Of a DNA stretch of 64,000 nucleotides, positions 57,512-64,000 are shown in pieces. Origin of the DNA: Candidatus Caldarchaeum sp. (GTDB lineage: Archaea; Thermoproteota; Nitrososphaeria_A; Caldarchaeales; Caldarchaeaceae). The position numbers were made by a program, and so were the translations under genes. Under the pieces are notes generated by a model. The model saw only the letters and a list, made by a program, of their open reading frames with translations. It was not told the DNA's origin and did not search any database. Within the stretch, counting starts at the first letter, position 1, and each line of letters starts with the position of its first letter. The stretch covers positions 665-64,664 of the forward strand of contig JAWBKB010000003.1 in NCBI GenBank assembly GCA_038831915.1, given 5' to 3'.

Positions 57512-60236
57512 ATGTTTAACCCACAGGTCGTTGCATTAATCGGTGCAAGCGATAGACCTGGCTCCGTTGGTCTTTCTGTTTTGCAGAACCTTTTGACTGG
57601 GAAGGCGAAGCGTCGTGTTTAAGCGGTCAACCCGAACCATGAAACCGCTTTAAACCTTCCCTGCCATCCATCTATTCGAAACGTTCCTGAACACGTTGAC
57701 CTAGCCGTTATCGCGACGCCCGCGCCGACCGTTCCAGCCGTAGTAGAGGAAAGTGGTGAAGCAGGGGTTGAAGGCGTTGTAATAATTTCCGCTGGGTTTA
57801 AGGAAACGGGGGAGGCGGGTAAACGGCTTGAAGAACAAATCGACATAATCCGCCAAAGATATGGGCTGCGTGTATTGGGGCCCAACTGCATGGGTTTCAT
57901 CAGGCCTTACATCAGTCTCAACGCGTCGTTCTTCAACAAAACACCCGAACCTGGTCAAATCGCCTTCATATCACAAAGCGGCGCCCTCGGCTCGTCCATC
58001 CTCGACTGGGCTGTCACCCGTCACATCGGCTTCAGCATGTTTGCATCGCTTGGCTCGATGCTGGACATCGATTTCGGAGACTTGATAGATTTCCTCGGAC
58101 AAGACCCCTACACGAAAAGCATTCTCCTCTACATGGAAAGCGTTGGAAACGCGCGGAAATTTATGAGCGCGGCGAGAGGATTCGCCAGAAACAAGCCAAT
58201 AATCATCATCAAGCCCGGAAAATTTGAAACAGCTGCGAAAGCCGCCAAATCCCATACAGGAGCTCTTGTGGGAAGTTTCGAAGTATACAGGGCGGCTTTC
58301 CGAAGAGCGGGAGCCGTCAGAGTAGATGAAATACAGGAATTGTTCAACTGCGCCAGCGTCCTCGATTCCAGACGTCTGCCCGTGGGCCTTAACCTCGCCG
58401 TAATAACCAACGCGGGAGGACTCGGAGTAATCACAGCCGACGCCATCGAAGAATACGGCGCGAAACTCGCAACACTTTCCGACAAAACCATAGATGAACT
58501 CGACGGTGTTTTACCCAGTTATTGGAGCCGTGGAAATCCAATCGACATTCTCGGAGACGCTGACGTCAGACGTTACACCACCGCTTTGAGGCTTTGTTTG
58601 AAAGACCGAAACATCGACGGCGTAATCATCATCTACACACCCCAGGGCGCGGCGGAGCCTAACGAGCTTGCGGAATCCGTGGTCTCCGTCGTCAGAGAAT
58701 ATGAATGGGTCAAGCCTGTTTTAACGGTTTGGGTCGGCGGAGATTCTCTAAATGAGGCGCGCAACATCTTCCACCGAAACGACATCCCGACCTACGACAC
58801 GCCTGAACAAGCCGTCAAAACATACATCTACATGTACAAGTACAAACGCAACCTCGAGCTTTTGTACGAAACACCCGAAGACCTTCCAATCGACCCTTCA
58901 CCGCCCAAAAACTTCCTCAAAATACTCGTCCGCAAAGCCTTGAACGAAGGCCGCTACGTTCTCACCCCTGACGAAGCCAACAAATTCCTAGACGTCTACA
59001 GAATACCAAGGCCCGACGGCGTACTCATTTCAAATATCCAAGAAGCACTTTCAGCCTCCCATCACATGGGCTTTCCCATAGCCCTCAAAATCGTATCACC
59101 TAAAATCGTTCACAAAACCGACGTCGGCGGAGTCGTGCTAAACATTTCATCAGACGAAGAACTACGCAAAGTATATTCAAACATGACTGAGGCCCTGAAA
59201 ACAGTCGTTCAGCAACCCGTCGATAATGCCGTCTTCGTCCAGAAAATGGTCGAACCCGTCCATTATGAATTGATTGTGGGCTCGAAGAAAGACCCTGACT
59301 TCGGGTCCGTGATAATGTTCGGCGCCGGCGGCGTCGCGACAGAGTTTTTAAGAGATACTTCGGTGGGGCTTCCTCAGCTAAACCAAGTGGTGGCCCGTCG
59401 GCTGATGGAAGAGACACGAATTTACTCGGTTTTGCAGAAAGGTCTTCGGAACAAGCCGCCCGCTGATTTGAGAAAACTCGAGGAGATAATCGTGAGGTTC
59501 TCCAACATCATCGTCGATTTGCCCGAAATCAAGGAAGCGGAAATCAATCCGTTGATTGTGTAATCAAGCGGCATTTACGCCGTCGACTTTAGGATTATTC
59601 TCGACCGTGAATACACGCAGACCGAAGAACAGTATCCGCATCTCGTCATCACACCGTATCCCACGAAATACGTGAAGCCGTGGAGGCTCAAAGACGGGCG
59701 ATGGGTTTTGCTCAGGCCCATCAAGCCCGAAGACGAAGAAATCGAATACGAACTCATCAAAAAACCTTTCCGAAGAATCGAGCAGGTTCAGATTCTTCAC
59801 CGTAATCCGGGAAAGCACGCATGACATGCTCGTCCGGTTCTGCAACATCGACTACGACCGCGAAATGGCCATCATCGCCGAATACACCGAAGGAGGGGAA
59901 CGGCGCAACGTCGGCGTCGGAAGACTGATCATCGAACCCGACAGGAAAAGAGAATTCGCCGTCCTCGTCGCCGATGACTTTCAAGGGAAAGGCATCGGCA
60001 CAAAGCTTGTCGACACACTTATCGAAGTCGCGATGGAGAAGAAACTCTCCTCAATCTACGGCATCATACTTCCTGAAAACACGCGGATGATTAATCTCTG
60101 CAAAAAACTCGGCTTCACAGTCAAGCATCGCGGCGAAGACGTCTACGTCGAGCTCAAACTCGACACAGGCATCGAACCACGGCCTAAACAACCTGCATCT
60201 CCTCAGCGAATCATGGAAGAAATTCGACAAACATAA
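57512..60236 (+). pseudogene. Pat-like protein: ADP-forming acyl-CoA synthetase (alpha+beta domains) fused to C-terminal GNAT acetyltransferase; interrupted by two in-frame TAA codons and an A6 frameshift
   Basis: MFNPQVVALIGASDRPGSVG...RRV-TAA(57620)-AVNPNHE, where homologs have Y-P-VNP. EINPLIV-TAA(59561)-SSGIYAVDFRIILD (conserved ACD C-terminus). GNAT domain (RFF...IDYDREMA...QGKGIG) enters at frame change near 59759..59764. Confidence 0.65.
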
Positions 60237-60378
60237 GCCACGCGGCCGAACCTTCATCCAACATGCTTCACATATCCTTCACAAAAAGAACATGAATCAT
60301 TTACATCGCTGATGTTTGTGAAGTTTTCATGTTTTTCCACAATCCTTTTTAAAGGCTGGTTGCTGTCGGGCCTTTAGA

Positions 60379-61344
60379 ATGCTGTGGAAATTTGATTTTG
60401 TGTATGAGGTTCCTGCTTCGCCGGGTGAAGTTTACGCTTTTTTCCGCAACGTGGAGAACATGAGTAAGGTCTGGCCCGCGGAAATGAAGATGCGACTGGT
60501 AGCTGTTGAAGGAGATGTTTACACGGTTCGGTTCCAGTTTCTCGGCCAAACCTACACCACGAAATTCCGAATCGAAGACAAGCCCGGCATGAAACAGTTC
60601 CACGAAACACTTAACTTTCCCTTCGGCAAGCTCCAGCATTCAATCGAAATCGAGCCCACAGGCCTTGGCAGCAAAGTCACGGAAAAAATGGAGCTGAGGT
60701 CGAACAACCCATTAGCTGGCTATTTCTTCAAAAAAATTCTCGACTACCGCCATGAAGCAATCAAGCATAGTTTCGGCGTCGTGGCGAAGCCTGTTTACCG
60801 CGACCCGTTCGAGCTCAGCACCGCTGCAGGCAACCTGATATCCATCGTCGGCGTCGCCGCCGCCTACCTACTCCTCATACTCCAGCCTTTCCAGTTCACG
60901 GGCGGACGATTCATCACAGGCATAATCTCATTCGCCCTGCTCTGGTTCTTCACCCATGACCTCGCTCACTACGTCGTCGGAAGAATCGCCGGCATACGCT
61001 TCAGCAACTACTACATCGGGCTCAGCAACATCGTCCGCCTCAACATCATACCGCAGCCGCTCAAAACACTACCGGTAGCCCTCGGCATAAAAATCGACCG
61101 AGAAAACAGCAAAGCAACACCACGCGGATACGCCGCGATGTACGCCGCCGGCCCCGTCGCATCCATGGCTTTTCCCCTCACCGTGCCAATAATCTTCCTC
61201 GCAAACAACGTCAACAGCATCGCAGGACTACTCCTCCTCATTTTCGCAATCGCAAACATCATCTTCACGTCGATTTTCAGTCCCAAAGCAGGATGCTTCG
61301 CAAAAGCACGAAAAGCACTCAAGAAAACAACCACGCAAATTTGA
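60379..61344 (+). CDS. SRPBCC (START/polyketide-cyclase-like) domain fused to a C-terminal multi-TM domain
   Basis: 321 aa. N-terminal about 140 aa soluble, then about 5 TM helices. Confidence 0.4.
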   Translation: MLWKFDFVYEVPASPGEVYAFFRNVENMSKVWPAEMKMRLVAVEGDVYTVRFQFLGQTYTTKFRIEDKPGMKQFHETLNFPFGKLQHSIEIEPTGLGSKVTEKMELRSNNPLAGYFFKKILDYRHEAIKHSFGVVAKPVYRDPFELSTAAGNLISIVGVAAAYLLLILQPFQFTGGRFITGIISFALLWFFTHDLAHYVVGRIAGIRFSNYYIGLSNIVRLNIIPQPLKTLPVALGIKIDRENSKATPRGYAAMYAAGPVASMAFPLTVPIIFLANNVNSIAGLLLLIFAIANIIFTSIFSPKAGCFAKARKALKKTTTQI

Positions 61345-61353
61345 CACTGTTAT

Positions 61354-61836
61354 TTAGAAGGCAGTTTCGAGCAGAACTGTTTGACCGCTTCGGCAAATGC
61401 TCTTTCCTCGTTCCCGTTGAAATGTTTGTCGGCAATCTCTGATAATCTCTTTAGGGTTTTTCTCTGAGTCTTGCAGCATGTATTTTTCTCGGAAAGTCTC
61501 TGTAACTTGATGTTCAAGGTTTTGAGGAACCGTGTAAACGAAAACCTTTACCGCACGGCCAGATTTATCATCTCTAACCTCTAGCGTATTTTCATCTAAC
61601 TGCGATATGCTGGGTTCGATGTTGTGCTTCTTACATCCTGTGTTGAAGAAGTTCTCCAGCCGCTCTTTCCGCAACTTTAACGGCTCATTATCCGAATCGG
61701 TTATCAACACAATCGGCTTGGTTATGCCCGCGCCCAGCAACTGAAGGAGAAGCCTTGTCGTCTTATCGAACAGCCGTGGGACGCCTCCGAAATCAGATAT
61801 CACAACATCGGAAGAAAAAACGTCGCAGCTCCTCAT
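61354..61836 (-). CDS. Small protein with TOPRIM-like acidic motif (IVLITDSDNEP); candidate RloB/AbiLii-like partner of the upstream ATPase
   Basis: 160 aa. DxD-E cluster resembling the TOPRIM DxD motif. Directly downstream of the fragmented AAA_21-type ATPase. Confidence 0.3.
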   Translation of the reverse strand: MRSCDVFSSDVVISDFGGVPRLFDKTTRLLLQLLGAGITKPIVLITDSDNEPLKLRKERLENFFNTGCKKHNIEPSISQLDENTLEVRDDKSGRAVKVFVYTVPQNLEHQVTETFREKYMLQDSEKNPKEIIRDCRQTFQRERGKSICRSGQTVLLETAF

Positions 61837-61944
61837 GAACTATTTCTGAGCTCACGCGTTTAATGTTGACATTATTGTTCTTGAGATATTCTTGAAAAAC
61901 CATACATCGCGCTTCCCTTCACATACGATTAACACATAAGGCAA

Positions 61945-63156
61945 TCACACGCCCCTCAAATCCATCTGGAGCCCCTCCGCTTCACTAAGAGCCTCATCAC
62001 CGCTCAGAACTTCGCAATCAATCTCGCCACGCATCAGATACATCCTGACAACCTGCGTAATGTCTGCGGCTTTCTCAAGCAGCGATTCCAGAAACTTTTG
62101 AGCTGTGCATCGAAATGAAGGTTTGTATGTTGTATTTTTTGATGTATTCGGCCATGTGTGTTGTAGTAAGCTCGATGAAGCCGGGATGCAGGTTTGATTC
62201 AGGCTCTTCAAGAACCAGCGTACCTTCCTTCGACAAGGCAATCGCAAACGCAATACGCAACAAGGCCTGAAAACCATCACCGGTTGACGAAATAGGGATC
62301 GGTTTGTCCAAACCGTCGAAGAAAGCAAAAAGCTCTTCGCCTATGCTGCGTAAGTCTCTCAAATAGCCTATGTTCTCTTTCAGTGAATTCAGCACATCGT
62401 GAAATCGGCCCGACTGAATCAATTTGTTGTAAAGGGATGTTAGATCGATTTTGTACTCAGTTGTCACAGGAAAGACATTGGAGGGAGAAGGGTTGTCTGA
62501 ACGTATCAGTATTAATTGGTCGTGTCGTTTTACTATTATGACTATCTTCTCAAAATCGACATCGCTTAGACAAATTTTGGGAAGAGACTCTATCTGTTTA
62601 ATCCGCTCGACCAATTCTATCATTCTTCTTCTTTCGTCGATGGGTCCGGTAAACTCGTAAGGCACTGCTGTGCGGTTTGCCAACGTGAAACCAGCTGCTT
62701 TGCCTCTCATAATACAGGTCTGGAAAGCCTGCTTCACAGTAAATGATGAGAAGCTCGTTTGTTGTTCCACCCTTTTGTCGTTAACTTTATCCGTGCTCGG
62801 TCATATCCGATTTTAATCCAGTAAATCAGGTTTCACTCTTTGCCAAACATGCGTGTTAGCAGGTCAACGTTTAGGGCATCTGTGTAGCCTGTTGGCGCGG
62901 TGGCTGCGATGGTTACGGCTTCGAGTACGCTGGATTTTCCAGTGTTGTCGCGTCCGACAAATATGTTGATGGGTTTTGTGGCTAGGTCCAGTTTGCCTAT
63001 TCCTCGGAAGTTTTTGACCGTTAGCCTGTTAATCCACACCACCAGCTCAGCATCTGACCATCTCAACGCGATATTAATCTGTTGAAGACGACAACACAGG
63101 TTGTGCTGGGTGAATTTTTGAACATTTCTTATTAGCAAGCTTAACTGAAGCTGCAC
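61945..63156 (-). pseudogene. ABC/AAA_21-type (OLD/AbiLi/RloA-like) ATPase fragmented into three ORFs
   Basis: N-terminal fragment with Walker A FVGRDNTGKSSVLEAV (62833..63156). Middle fragment with signature-like STGDGFQALL, Walker B LVLEEPESNLHP and H-loop (62075..62770). C-terminal fragment 61945..62328. Frames differ. Confidence 0.5.
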
Positions 63157-63161
63157 CGATA

Positions 63162-63644
63162 TTAGGCTGCTTTTTTCCTAACTTTGATAATTGATGGGTG
63201 ACTCTTTTCCCGCACAACCGCTAGGTTGAGCATGAAGGCTGAAAAGTAAAACCAGAAAACCATCGGCGCGTCCTCTGTGTTCCACCAGCAGTCGCAGAAG
63301 GAGAAAGTGAGCCAGAGGTTTGATGCGATGACGGCGCCAACTAATGCCGCTATCCGTGGAAAAACACCGATGACGATCATGGCTCCGACCGAAGTTTCAG
63401 CAATCGTGACAATTATTGCCATCGCTTCCCAGCTGTTTGCAGCCTGTCGAAGCAGGTCTCTGTAAATCGGAATGTAATTTCCCGCGGCTGCTGTTTCGAG
63501 CAAGGGCCTGACCCATGACCTGTCAAACCATCGCTGGCTTGCGAAGAAAAGCCAGAACACACCTACCGAAAAACGAAGCATTAGAGACCATAGCTGCGAA
63601 AAGTTCATCGAAAAAACCCTTGATTCCGTGAAAGATATAACCAT
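63162..63644 (-). CDS. DoxX-family membrane protein
   Basis: 160 aa, 4 TM, DoxX-like hydrophobic pattern. Confidence 0.5.
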   Translation of the reverse strand: MVISFTESRVFSMNFSQLWSLMLRFSVGVFWLFFASQRWFDRSWVRPLLETAAAGNYIPIYRDLLRQAANSWEAMAIIVTIAETSVGAMIVIGVFPRIAALVGAVIASNLWLTFSFCDCWWNTEDAPMVFWFYFSAFMLNLAVVREKSHPSIIKVRKKAA

Positions 63645-63735
63645 GTGGTTGATACTTGATGTTTATCGGCATCGATTTGAACGGGCTGTTCTACTGTTTA
63701 GAAATATATTGTGTAAGGGGTTTTTGTTGGTTGTA

Positions 63736-64000
63736 TGAAGGTTGGTTTTGTTTTGGTGGTTGTGGTGGCTGTGGCGTTGGTGGCGGGGGTTGCGGTGATG
63801 GGGTTGATGGCTCAGCCAAGTAAAATGAATGGACAGGTTTCTTTAATTCTCGACAAGACGGAGCTCCGTGGTAACGAGCGAACCATAACCTACACCATCG
63901 TCAATAATTCAGGTGAAAAGATTAGCTTTGGCGCCATGTATGATGTTCACATTAGGAGAGATGGTGAATGGGTGCGTGTTGATTGGATTAGAGACCGTGT
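63736..64000 (+). CDS. Partial (5') CDS: secreted/membrane-anchored protein running off window end
   Basis: MKVGFVLVVVVAVALVAGVAVMGLMAQPSK... signal/anchor, then soluble domain. No stop before window end. Confidence 0.35.

Noticed and set aside
63721-63790. GGTGGTTGTGGTGGCTGTGGCG repeat-like stretch
   Set aside because: It encodes a hydrophobic signal/anchor helix (VLVVVVAVALVAGVAV) of a partial CDS.

Overview
This is a 64 kb chromosomal segment that looks archaeal, with about 50% GC and a crenarchaeal/Thermoproteales-like gene content, though the assignment rests on gene content only. Genes are densely packed and often overlap at stop/start junctions, and TTG/GTG starts are frequent.

Content, in order along the window:
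- Two divergent paralogous genes, each followed by a stem-loop and a conserved 46-48 nt T-rich motif, bracket a cluster of three class-III (PLP) aminotransferases. This block sits beside a tRNA-Val(CAC) and an orphan 5' tRNA fragment.
- A molybdenum-hydroxylase large subunit (CoxL-like) without its partner subunits, TatA, MazG, a TPP enzyme and a large UPF0182-like membrane protein.
- A translationally coupled sucC-sucD-PPP phosphatase-MBL hydrolase operon, followed by malate dehydrogenase.
- Two M20 peptidases, GcvH, and a cell-surface/glycosylation locus in which AglB (STT3, WWDYGY motif) is flanked by paralogous Thr-rich membrane-anchored beta-propeller proteins.
- An Fe-siderophore/B12-type ABC transporter, Nop10, an ABC-2 exporter and an aldo-keto reductase.
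- A nuclease pair (RNase H-fold candidate plus SNase), an SCP2 gene next to a Zn alcohol dehydrogenase, and an archaeal ATPase (PF01637-like) preceded by tandem palindromic repeats.
- A TA/defence-like islet: RHH / 93-aa unknown / ParB-nuclease-domain trio, LeuC-like, VapBC, HEPN-MNT, and a fragmented AbiL/OLD-like ATPase with a TOPRIM-like partner.
- A bacterial-type Pat-like protein (ADP-forming acyl-CoA synthetase fused to GNAT).

The most striking feature is how many otherwise well-conserved genes are interrupted:
- Four in-frame TAA codons. One replaces a conserved Tyr in the ACD domain.
- Several frameshifts at homopolymer runs (G7, A7, A6, G4).

These point to either a systematic homopolymer/substitution error profile in the assembly, or active pseudogenisation. 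I did not find CRISPR arrays or rRNA.
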